From an uncultured Eubacterium sp. (GTDB lineage Bacteria > Bacillota > Clostridia > Lachnospirales > Lachnospiraceae): a stretch of DNA of 64,000 nt. Every line of letters begins with the position of its first letter. The first letter of the stretch is position 1. This document shows, in pieces, positions 1 to 8,346 of this stretch. The stretch covers positions 6,108 to 70,107 of the forward strand of contig CAJUHV010000005.1 in assembly GCA_910586445.1 (NCBI GenBank). Direction: 5' to 3'. Made by a program: the position numbers and the translations under genes. The notes under the pieces are model-generated. The model was not told the DNA's origin, did not search any database, and saw only the letters and a list, made by a program, of their open reading frames with translations.

Positions 1-2102
1 CGAGTGAGTCGGAGTGTTATCCTGCAAAGCTTGCACATGGACATATCGCATGGCTGATAAAGCAGAATCCTGATTTTATTTTTTATCCATGCATACCATA
101 TGAGCGGGATGAATTTCCCGATGCAAACAACCATTATAACTGCCCGATCGTCACCTCATATGCAGAGAATATAAAAAACAATGTAGACGATATTTCAAGC
201 GGAAAAGTCGAGTTCTTAAATCCGTTTTTATCTTTTAAGGATCTGGACACATTAAAAAAAGGCTTGGCAGACGCACTCTGTGCACGCTTTCACATACTGG
301 ACCACGAACTCTTTCTCGCTGCGGATGCTGCCTGGGAGGAACTTGCTGCGGTACGCGAGGATATGCAAAGACAAGGGGAAAGCGTACTTGACTATTTAAA
401 AATGACTGGAAAGCGCGGTATTGTACTGGCAGGACGTCCATACCATGCCGACCCAGAAATCAACCATGGCATACCTCAGCTGATTACTTCTTACGGCATT
501 GCCGTGCTGACCGAAGATTCCATCTCCCACCTGGCACAGGTAGAACGCCCGCTGATTGTCATGGACCAATGGATGTACCATTCGCGTCTCTATGCAGCTG
601 CGACTTATATCAAGTCTACGGATCAGCTGGATTTAATCCAGCTAAATTCCTTCGGCTGCGGGCTAGACGCGATTACTACAGACTGTGTCAGTGATATTTT
701 AACCGGTTCCGGCAAGATTTATACATGCCTTAAAATCGACGAAGTAAGCAACCTGGGTGCAGCCAGAATCCGAATCCGCTCACTGTTAGCAGCGATACGG
801 GTACGCGAGAAAAAACACGAAGCACGTAAGATTGTCCCTGCAAACTTTAAACGCACGATTTTTACTGGCAGAATGCGTAAAAAATTTACGATTCTATGCC
901 CGCAGATGTCACCGATCCACTTCGACCTGCTGGAGCCTGCATTTGTTACTGCCGGATACAATATGGTCGTCCTAAACAATGACAACCGGACTGCCGTAAA
1001 TACTGGACTGAAATACGTAAATAATGACGCCTGCTATCCTTCGCTGATGATCGTCGGGCAGATTATGGACGCCGTTACTTCCGGTGAATATGACATGAGC
1101 CAGACCGCCATCATGATCACCCAGACCGGAGGCGGATGCCGCGCCTCGAATTATATCGGCTTTATCAGGCGGGCTTTGGAAAAGGCCGGATACAATGACG
1201 TACCTGTAATCTCGCTCAATTTAAGCGGACTGGAAAAAAATCCGGGATTTTCACTGACGCCTGCCCTGCTGCAGCACGGACTGTATGCCTTAGAATTCGG
1301 CGATATCTTTATGCGCTGCCTCTACGCTACCAGACCATACGAAGCTGTACCGGGTTCTGCAAATGAACTGCATGAAAAATGGAAACAGAAAGTCATTGAA
1401 TTTATATCACAGAACAAAATGCTCTCACACCGCAAATTTAAGCGGATGTGCCGCGAAATTATACGTGAATTTGACAACCTGCCGCGACTGAATATCAAAA
1501 AGCCTCGCGTCGGCGTAGTCGGCGAGATTTTGGTAAAATTCCTGCCGGCAGCAAATAATTATCTGGTCGAAGTATTAGAAGCAGAAGGCGCAGAAGCAGT
1601 CGTGCCTGATTTGACAGACTTCCTGCTGTATACATTTTACAATCAGAACTTTAAGTCCAAAATGATAAACAGCCCGAAGAAAAATGTACGCATGGCAAAT
1701 TTCGGCATAAAATTTTTCGAATGGCTGCGCGGTGCTGCCAGAGATGAATTTGAAAAAAGCAAGCACTTTGATCCGCCTGCGCGGATTGAAAAGCTGGCAG
1801 AATATGCCGACCCGATCGTATCTCAGGGCAACCAGACCGGCGAAGGATGGTTCTTAACCGGAGAAATGCTGGAGCTGATCCACAGCGGTACAAACAATAT
1901 CGTATGTATCCAGCCATTTGCCTGCCTTCCAAACCATATCGTAGGCAAAGGCGTGATCAAAGAGCTGCGCCACCGCTATCCGCTGTCCAATATCGTAGCC
2001 ATCGATTACGATCCGGGTGCCAGCGAAGTAAATCAGCTCAACCGCCTGAAGCTGATGCTGTCTACCGCACAGAAAAATATGAACAAAGAAAAAAATGCGT
2101 AG
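1..2102 (+). CDS. acyl-CoA dehydratase activase-related protein (DUF2229 / 2-hydroxyglutaryl-CoA dehydratase D-component-like region), C-terminal part; 5' end lies outside the window
   Basis: Frame 3 is open from the window edge (SESECYPAKLAHGHIAWLIKQNPDFIFYPCIPYE...) straight into the listed 264..2102 ORF. The listed start at 264 is only an internal TTG. Family assigned by recognition of the sequence style, not by search. Confidence 0.7.
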   Translation, partial: SESECYPAKLAHGHIAWLIKQNPDFIFYPCIPYERDEFPDANNHYNCPIVTSYAENIKNNVDDISSGKVEFLNPFLSFKDLDTLKKGLADALCARFHILDHELFLAADAAWEELAAVREDMQRQGESVLDYLKMTGKRGIVLAGRPYHADPEINHGIPQLITSYGIAVLTEDSISHLAQVERPLIVMDQWMYHSRLYAAATYIKSTDQLDLIQLNSFGCGLDAITTDCVSDILTGSGKIYTCLKIDEVSNLGAARIRIRSLLAAIRVREKKHEARKIVPANFKRTIFTGRMRKKFTILCPQMSPIHFDLLEPAFVTAGYNMVVLNNDNRTAVNTGLKYVNNDACYPSLMIVGQIMDAVTSGEYDMSQTAIMITQTGGGCRASNYIGFIRRALEKAGYNDVPVISLNLSGLEKNPGFSLTPALLQHGLYALEFGDIFMRCLYATRPYEAVPGSANELHEKWKQKVIEFISQNKMLSHRKFKRMCREIIREFDNLPRLNIKKPRVGVVGEILVKFLPAANNYLVEVLEAEGAEAVVPDLTDFLLYTFYNQNFKSKMINSPKKNVRMANFGIKFFEWLRGAARDEFEKSKHFDPPARIEKLAEYADPIVSQGNQTGEGWFLTGEMLELIHSGTNNIVCIQPFACLPNHIVGKGVIKELRHRYPLSNIVAIDYDPGASEVNQLNRLKLMLSTAQKNMNKEKNA

Positions 2103-2146
2103 CTGATGCTGCGGCTGTATGCCGCTCATTGCTTCGCAGAAAGAAA

Positions 2147-2181
2147 CTGCTGCATGAAATGTTTTCATGCAGCAGCTTTTT
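2147..2181. terminator. intrinsic terminator hairpin between convergent genes, possibly bidirectional
   Basis: CTGCTGCATGAAA-tg-TTTCATGCAGCAG (13-bp arms) followed by CTTTTT on the plus strand. The minus strand has a T-rich flank too. Confidence 0.6.
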
Positions 2182-2311
2182 AATTCATGACAACACAAAG
2201 TACAATTTTTAATCCTAGCACATAGTTATGCTGGAGCGTGTCTAAAATTCATTCCCGCAATCTGCACACCCCGCTCATTTGGAACACATCTCCCACAAAC
2301 TGTAACGCATA

Positions 2312-4780
2312 TCATACAATCTGCTTTTCATACGATACCTGTCTCCCGTTATAAGAAAGCGTCATAGGTGTATTCTGATTCTGTTCTATGGCCAGCAGTA
2401 CATAGCCGGCAGATGTCCTGCCCAGATCTAAAATGCCTACCTTTAAGCTGTCCTCATCCATCTCCGTGTGAAACGCATAATTAACAGGCAGGCCCTCATA
2501 ATAAATATACTGCTTTTTATTCCTGCTTATTACATACCACTGCCTCCGGCTGCATGCCTGGAGTGCTTTTCTGACTTTTTTCGGCACCTCTTTTTTGGTC
2601 ATCCGCACGATTTTCGCATACGAGCCCGTGCCTTCCTTATTCGAATATACCTTTGTTAAATCCTGTTTTGTATTTCCTGTTTCCGCAAGATCTGTCAGCT
2701 CCAGATCATCTCGTATTTCATCAATCTCCTCCGGCGCAGGATTTTCTATTTTTATAATCGAACCATCTTCCGCCCGCCGCAGCCGCAGGTCAATCGTTCC
2801 ATTTCGATCATAATTGAATACAAAAAAGGATTCATCTGCCTTTACGTCCATAAAAATACGTATCCGTCTGCCTTTATAATAATAGCTGCCGTTTTCCTGC
2901 GCAATTCCGTATTCCGCATAAGCTTTCGCATATGCCCGTTTGGATGATTCCTGCGTTTTGACCTTCACTTTGCAGACATACGTAATCCGGCCGATTTTAG
3001 CATAAATCTTTGTTTTTCCGGCTTTTTTGGCTGTCACCTTTCCATTCTGGTCTACTGCTGCGATTTGATCGCTGCCAGACGACCACACAGGCTTTTTTCT
3101 TACCCGGATCATTTTCAAAGACGCCGTGCCGCCTTCTGCAACCGTAATCGAATGTTTATTTAATTTTGGAAATTTATCCGAATCCGTCCGGCTGATGCGG
3201 TCTATTTCCTGTGCAGCAGATAAAAATACATCATACTCCTCCTGCGTGCCTGTTCCGTGCTTCATGTCGTAACTGCACTGGCTTTTCACTTCTTTTAGAA
3301 ACTTCTTTCTGCTGCCAAACGGCCCGATTGTACAATAGCCGTCCATGCTGATATAATCAAGGCCGACCATTCCATCCGTAACACTGGAGGATGGTTTGTC
3401 AGACGCCTGCGCATCTGGCGCAAAAATGTAATAGCTACTGCCATCTTCACATAAAATCGGCAGTTCATCCGCATCCAGAGCGCCTGCACCTTTTGCTTCA
3501 CTGCCTGTAACTGCTGCCGGTGTCCGATGGATGCCGATGGATGCCGCACCTGCTGCAAACAAGCATGCCAGCGCCACGGCAGCCATGGCTGCAGCTTTGG
3601 ATTTTTGTTTATAATTCATAATCGCGTCTAACCTTCCTTTCAAAAGTTCCCTTCCCTCATTAAATCCGGCTGATACGCCAGGACTGCTATATGTACCTGC
3701 TGTTACGGCATTTAATAATGTGCTGCCGTATTCCTTCCTGGCCTGCTCATCCATTTTGCGTATGACCGCTTCGTCGCAGGACAGCTCGCACTCCCGGCTG
3801 ACCGCACGCTCCATCAGATATACAAAAGGATTGAACCAGTGCAGGCATACCGTGACCTGTACAAGCCACTTATAAATCAGATCACCCCGCCTGTAATGAT
3901 TCAGCTCATGCAGTACTGTATAATGAAATCCAGTCTCCGATAAGAAGTAATCAGACGCCGGAAGGACGATACACGGCTTTAAAATCCCGATCAGCAGCGG
4001 AGAAGAGATCAGGCTGTTCGTGCATACTTCTACCGCCGCTTTCCTGCGATTCAAACGGTTCTGCTCGATCAAGGCTCCAGCCTGCTCAAGCAGCTGTATG
4101 TCATCTACTGCGCTGCTGCCCGCACGGATATATTTATAAAAGCTCTGGTATACCGTAAGCTTTCGCAGCAGAAGCAGCATTGCAGTTACCAGCCAGATCA
4201 CAGGCAGATATTTTATTACCATAGCAGGCATTTTTGCTGCTGTATACTTTGCTGTCTCAAACACACTGCTGCCTTTTGCTTCTGCCTGTTCTGACTCTGT
4301 GCTGCCCGCATTCTCATTCGTTTTCACAGTTTCACTGCCTGCTGTTTTTTCATTGTCTTTTATCGTTTTACTGCCTTCTATCGTTTTATTGCCTTCCACC
4401 ATTTCATCGTCTTCTATCGTTTCATTTACTGCTCCCGCACTCTGTAATGATTCGACTTTGCTGTCTTGTACAGGTGTCTTTTCCGATTTCCAACCTAGAT
4501 CTGCTGACTGTCCGATATTATTTAAATACCCTGCATTTTGATCCATAAACTGATAAGCAGCCTGTACAGCCTTCTGCTCCGCCGTCTGAAAGACTGCTCC
4601 AAACGGGCTGCGCTCAGGTGTCCAGGGAACCAGCAGCCGCGCAATCACAACAAGCCAGATATAATACTGCCATCTCCTGCTCAGACGCTCCTTATACAAC
4701 GGCCGGAATAAAAATAAAATGCCTGTCAGCAGTGTCCCTGACAGAGAAAGCCGCAGTACAATGTTCATCACCTCATACAT
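2312..4780 (-). CDS. M56-family BlaR1/MecR1-like membrane metalloprotease sensor with a long non-PBP C-terminal region that includes a Big_2-like Ig domain
   Basis: HELNHY (HEXXH) zinc motif after N-terminal TM helices, then WFNPFVY. GGAGG RBS upstream of the ATG at 4780. C-terminal segment ITVAEGGTASL...SSGSDQIAAVDQNGKVTAKKAGKTKIYAKIG resembles a bacterial Ig-like domain. Confidence 0.85.
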   Translation of the reverse strand: MYEVMNIVLRLSLSGTLLTGILFLFRPLYKERLSRRWQYYIWLVVIARLLVPWTPERSPFGAVFQTAEQKAVQAAYQFMDQNAGYLNNIGQSADLGWKSEKTPVQDSKVESLQSAGAVNETIEDDEMVEGNKTIEGSKTIKDNEKTAGSETVKTNENAGSTESEQAEAKGSSVFETAKYTAAKMPAMVIKYLPVIWLVTAMLLLLRKLTVYQSFYKYIRAGSSAVDDIQLLEQAGALIEQNRLNRRKAAVEVCTNSLISSPLLIGILKPCIVLPASDYFLSETGFHYTVLHELNHYRRGDLIYKWLVQVTVCLHWFNPFVYLMERAVSRECELSCDEAVIRKMDEQARKEYGSTLLNAVTAGTYSSPGVSAGFNEGRELLKGRLDAIMNYKQKSKAAAMAAVALACLFAAGAASIGIHRTPAAVTGSEAKGAGALDADELPILCEDGSSYYIFAPDAQASDKPSSSVTDGMVGLDYISMDGYCTIGPFGSRKKFLKEVKSQCSYDMKHGTGTQEEYDVFLSAAQEIDRISRTDSDKFPKLNKHSITVAEGGTASLKMIRVRKKPVWSSGSDQIAAVDQNGKVTAKKAGKTKIYAKIGRITYVCKVKVKTQESSKRAYAKAYAEYGIAQENGSYYYKGRRIRIFMDVKADESFFVFNYDRNGTIDLRLRRAEDGSIIKIENPAPEEIDEIRDDLELTDLAETGNTKQDLTKVYSNKEGTGSYAKIVRMTKKEVPKKVRKALQACSRRQWYVISRNKKQYIYYEGLPVNYAFHTEMDEDSLKVGILDLGRTSAGYVLLAIEQNQNTPMTLSYNGRQVSYEKQIV

Positions 4781-4849
4781 ATTCCTGCCTCCGATCCTCC
4801 TGTTTCATCCAAATATATGTCCTGTTTCCCGCTGCATGGCTACGTCATT

Positions 4850-5227
4850 TTAATCTGCAGCGCCGTGCTTGTGCCAGTATGCCTTTAATTCCTCAAAATC
4901 ACTGGCAGACAGCCATTCTTTTTGAATCAGCGTAGCCACAAGCCCTTTTGCATTTCCTTCATACATCTTTCCTAAAAATGCCTCTGTCTGGACAGCCTGA
5001 TATTCATTTTCAGAAAAAACAGCCGTATACCTGTTGCGGTGTCCGATTTTATTTGTTTTGACCAATCCCTTTTCAATCAGCCGGGAAAGCAGCGTAATGA
5101 TTGTGTTTTTTGTCCAGTTCATTCCCTGCTCTGACAAGTCCTGCATGATCTCGGCATACAGCGCGCTCCCTCCCCTGCCCCAGATCACTTTTAACAGCTC
5201 AAATTCATAATCAGATGCCTGCTGCAT
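4850..5227 (-). CDS. BlaI/MecI/CopY-family transcriptional repressor
   Basis: 125 aa with a winged-helix N-terminus (EFELLKVIWGRGGSALYAEIMQDL...TKNTIITLLSRLIEKGLV). GGGAGGTGG RBS. Sits directly upstream of an M56 sensor gene. Confidence 0.9.
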   Translation of the reverse strand: MQQASDYEFELLKVIWGRGGSALYAEIMQDLSEQGMNWTKNTIITLLSRLIEKGLVKTNKIGHRNRYTAVFSENEYQAVQTEAFLGKMYEGNAKGLVATLIQKEWLSASDFEELKAYWHKHGAAD

Positions 5228-5259
5228 ATTTCCACCTCCCTCTTTCTCTATGAGTACAT

Positions 5260-5303
5260 TGTGTTATCTATATACAAGATAACACTTCGTCATCTTTGTG
5301 TCA
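5260..5303 (-). promoter_or_regulatory. candidate sigmaA promoter with an overlapping 9-bp-arm palindrome (putative BlaI operator)
   Basis: Minus strand reads TTGACA (5298..5303), 17 nt, TATCTT (5275..5280). Perfect palindrome GTGTTATCT-N7-AGATAACAC at 5260..5284 covers the -10. Confidence 0.45.
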
Positions 5304-5356
5304 ATACTTTCCAGAACATTTTTACGATCTGGTATCAAGGCTGCATAAAAACGCAG

Positions 5357-7759
5357 TTATTTTTCTAATCCATAAGAAGCCGCCTTCCATGCCCCGTCTT
5401 CTTTTACAAACCAGACGGAAAGATAATGAAAGCTGTCTTCACCCGGCACGCGGAATTCCAGCGATAATGTACACTCATCCATCTTTCCTTCTATTATGCT
5501 GCCAAGGCCCTTGATTCTGCCAGTCTCCAGACTCTCTGCCTGCTGCGGCTGATCATACACCTCCACCTGTGCCGTATACGAGCCTGCCAGATATTTTCTG
5601 ACCGTATCTGCATGGCCTGCAAAATAGGCTTTTGCAAATGCTTTCATCCTGCGCCTTAATTTCAGGGCAGCTTCTGCTTTCTTTAATAAATCTTTTTCTG
5701 TATCGTCCTCATCCGCTCCAAAAATACCAGATTGACTGTAGATTCCGCCATAGCTGGATCGCTCCAGCAGCCCTTCTGCACGGTTAGCCTCCACCACTGA
5801 CACGGAATCATCCTGCACCGCTAATGTCACATTTTCAAAAATTATACTGTCGTCATCAGCTGCATTTATGGCATTGATCTGTATCAGCCCGTTGCTTCTT
5901 AAATATGCAGGCCCTGCTATATAATGAAGCTGGTCCAGCTGGCTTAATACCTCCCATATCCCTTCATATGCAGTCAATTCTTCAAATGTCATCTTCTGCG
6001 CCTTATATTCTTCAAATCCGCTCCCTGTCCATTTCGCATAATACGGCTTGCGCGTATGCCCGCTCATAGCTCCATCCATATAGATCCGGTCATATGCATC
6101 TACATATACTTTAAAATCACCGCCCGATATCTGTTCCAGTATGTTTTCGCCATGATCTGCCTCATATGCCTTTCCAGACTGCACATAATAGCATCTGGAA
6201 AAATAAGTGCTGCCCATCGTGCCGCAGTCTGCGATAAACAGCTTTTGTCCGTTTCCTGTCTCATATATGCCCTGATCCTCTTCATTAAATACCGCATATC
6301 CTGCCGCCTCATCCATCAGGCAGGTTACTTCCTGTGCACTGGCAAACCAGATCTGATCTGCGCCTCCGGCAGGCCCGGCTCCTGTTACCGCAAACAGTTC
6401 AAAGCTGCCGTCTCCATCATAATCCGCATAGTACTGCCCCCGCAGCTGTCCGCCTGCCTGTTCCTTGATTTTTTCTGCCAGTATCTGCTGCGCATCCTGT
6501 ACGCCGGGCGCGCTGTTTTTCTTTTCATCCGCCGTCAGGCTGTCGGTATCTCCAGCTGCGGGCGCGCCGTCTTCTTCTTTTCCTGCGGGCACGACGTTTT
6601 CTTCTTTTCCTGACGCTGAGTCGTTTTTTCCGGCTGTCAGGGTGTTTTCATCTTCTTTTCCTTCGGCGTCTTTCGATGTCAGGAAAAAAGTACCGCATAC
6701 TGTCACGATAACAACCAGTATGATGCTGACGGCTATACACGGCTTTTTCAAAAACAGGATATGACGTATCCTGTTTTCGGTATCGCTTTCCCCAAAATAC
6801 AGCATTACCGACAGCCCGCTGGACTCTGCGGCAGACTGCAGCAGCGTGCTGGAATACCGTCTGCGTTCTTCCATGCTCCTGCCGCGCATCACACATTCGT
6901 CACAGTACATCTCCAGATCTTTGCCGATCCATGCATATGCCGCCCATACAAATGGGTTGAACCAATGCACGGCTGCCGCAAATGCTGCCAGGCATTTGAT
7001 CAGATGATCCATATTTTTAATATGCTGCCTTTCATGTGCCAGAATATCCATCCGCTTCTGTCCCGTGAGGCCGTCCGGCAGATAGATTTTCGGCATGAGA
7101 TATGGCATAACAAATGGTGTAAGCGACTCCTCCATCACCCAGCATCCATCCTCTGCCACATAAAAAGCCTTCGCCGTCCTTTTTTTCAGCTTCAGAAACT
7201 GGCACAGATAAACAATACAAAAGATGACTGCTCCGGCTGACCATATGACAGCAGCCGCTGTACGGACAGCCGCAGGCATCCTGCCAGATCCTGTTCCCAG
7301 ATGCTCTCCTGCTGCATTTTTCAGATTGTACGGACTGCCATTATGCTCCTGCGGCAGCGTATTTTGTACCTCTGATATATGCAGTGTATTTGATGTATTC
7401 GATGTATCTAGCGCATTTTTATTCTGCTGTGTATGCAATCCACTTTTTTCCGGCTGTGCATCCAGCGCACTCTTGCTGCGCTGCGCTGCCGGATTCAGGC
7501 CCTGCGTACCAGCTGACGAATAGCTTCGTATGATCTGTGCATTCTGCGCCAGATTACGTATTGTTTGAAACGGCCCCTGCAGCAGGGGCGGTGCCAGCAG
7601 CTCTACAATCAGCAGAATCCACAAGATGCGCACATAGCCTTTTGACATACGCTTTGTTACCTGCCGGAACAACGCAATAAACAATATAAACAGCGCACCT
7701 GCCACACTATTGGGCAGTATGATTTCATAAAACAATGAGCTTAATAGTTCTAATAACAT
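5357..7759 (-). CDS. second M56-family BlaR1-like membrane metalloprotease sensor with a large C-terminal region of unknown fold
   Basis: HERQHIKNMDH (HEXXH) and WFNPFVW motifs. Start placed at the ATG at 7759 (MLLELLSS...), which follows GGAGGTG. The listed 47-codon N-terminal extension has no RBS and covers the promoter. Confidence 0.8.
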   Translation of the reverse strand: MLLELLSSLFYEIILPNSVAGALFILFIALFRQVTKRMSKGYVRILWILLIVELLAPPLLQGPFQTIRNLAQNAQIIRSYSSAGTQGLNPAAQRSKSALDAQPEKSGLHTQQNKNALDTSNTSNTLHISEVQNTLPQEHNGSPYNLKNAAGEHLGTGSGRMPAAVRTAAAVIWSAGAVIFCIVYLCQFLKLKKRTAKAFYVAEDGCWVMEESLTPFVMPYLMPKIYLPDGLTGQKRMDILAHERQHIKNMDHLIKCLAAFAAAVHWFNPFVWAAYAWIGKDLEMYCDECVMRGRSMEERRRYSSTLLQSAAESSGLSVMLYFGESDTENRIRHILFLKKPCIAVSIILVVIVTVCGTFFLTSKDAEGKEDENTLTAGKNDSASGKEENVVPAGKEEDGAPAAGDTDSLTADEKKNSAPGVQDAQQILAEKIKEQAGGQLRGQYYADYDGDGSFELFAVTGAGPAGGADQIWFASAQEVTCLMDEAAGYAVFNEEDQGIYETGNGQKLFIADCGTMGSTYFSRCYYVQSGKAYEADHGENILEQISGGDFKVYVDAYDRIYMDGAMSGHTRKPYYAKWTGSGFEEYKAQKMTFEELTAYEGIWEVLSQLDQLHYIAGPAYLRSNGLIQINAINAADDDSIIFENVTLAVQDDSVSVVEANRAEGLLERSSYGGIYSQSGIFGADEDDTEKDLLKKAEAALKLRRRMKAFAKAYFAGHADTVRKYLAGSYTAQVEVYDQPQQAESLETGRIKGLGSIIEGKMDECTLSLEFRVPGEDSFHYLSVWFVKEDGAWKAASYGLEK

Positions 7760-7812
7760 AGTATACACCTCCGTAACTCCAAATAAAAATCTTTTCAACA
7801 GCCACCGCTTGA

Positions 7813-7867
7813 GTCTATAATTATAAACCTTTTCTATAAGTTTATATCTATAGACCTTTCTTGTCAA
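7813..7867 (-). promoter_or_regulatory. candidate promoter plus a 16-bp-arm inverted repeat (putative operator) for the upstream M56 gene
   Basis: Minus strand reads TTGACA (7862..7867), 17 nt, TAAACT (7839..7844). Inverted repeat GTCTATAATTATAAAC (7813..7828) / GTTTATATCTATAGAC (7840..7855) matches at 14 of 16 positions and overlaps the -10. Confidence 0.4.
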
Positions 7868-7942
7868 GAACTTTTCTGTAAAAAAGAACGCTCTCTGCAT
7901 AAGATTTCTTTCGTCATGAATAGGAAAATTAAGTCTGAAAAC

Positions 7943-7973
7943 AAAAAAACTTCCGGCTCCGAAAAGCCAGAAG
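7943..7973 (-). terminator. intrinsic terminator downstream of the hybrid kinase locus
   Basis: Minus-strand RNA reads CUUCUGGC-UUUUCGGA-GCCGGAAG followed by UUUUUUUG, about 40 nt after the stop at 8011. Confidence 0.6.
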
Positions 7974-8010
7974 TTAAAATGCTGCTATTTACTGCTCCTG
8001 TTTCATACTT

Positions 8011-8346
8011 TTAATTCTTTAATATATCTTTCAAGGTTTCCAACAGCTTCGGCACATCGATCGGCTTTGCCACATGCCCGTTCATGCCTGCCTCCAGAGC
8101 CAGCTGCCTGTCTTCTTCGAATGCATTGGCAGTCATCGCTACAATCGGTATCGCAGCCTTTATCGGATTATCCAGCGCGCGGATCGCCCTCGCCGCATCA
8201 TAGCCGTTCATAATGGACATCTGTATATCCATTAAAATCAGGTCATAAGCATCATCCGGCACTTTCTTCATCAGATCTACTGCCACAGATCCGTCATCGG
8301 CAATATCAATCACAAATCCAGCCTTCTTCCAGAATCGCCTTTGCAA
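8011..8346 (-). pseudogene. detached second receiver (REC) domain of the adjacent hybrid histidine kinase, separated from it by a frameshift
   Basis: Complete REC sequence ([22 protein letters not shown]...[26 protein letters not shown]). The only start is an internal TTG. The ORF overlaps the kinase ORF end by 41 nt in another frame. Confidence 0.7.

Noticed and set aside
7760-7900. 47-codon N-terminal extension of the second M56 gene
   Set aside because: The internal ATG at 7759 has a GGAGGTG RBS and begins the first TM helix. The extension would cover the predicted promoter and palindrome.
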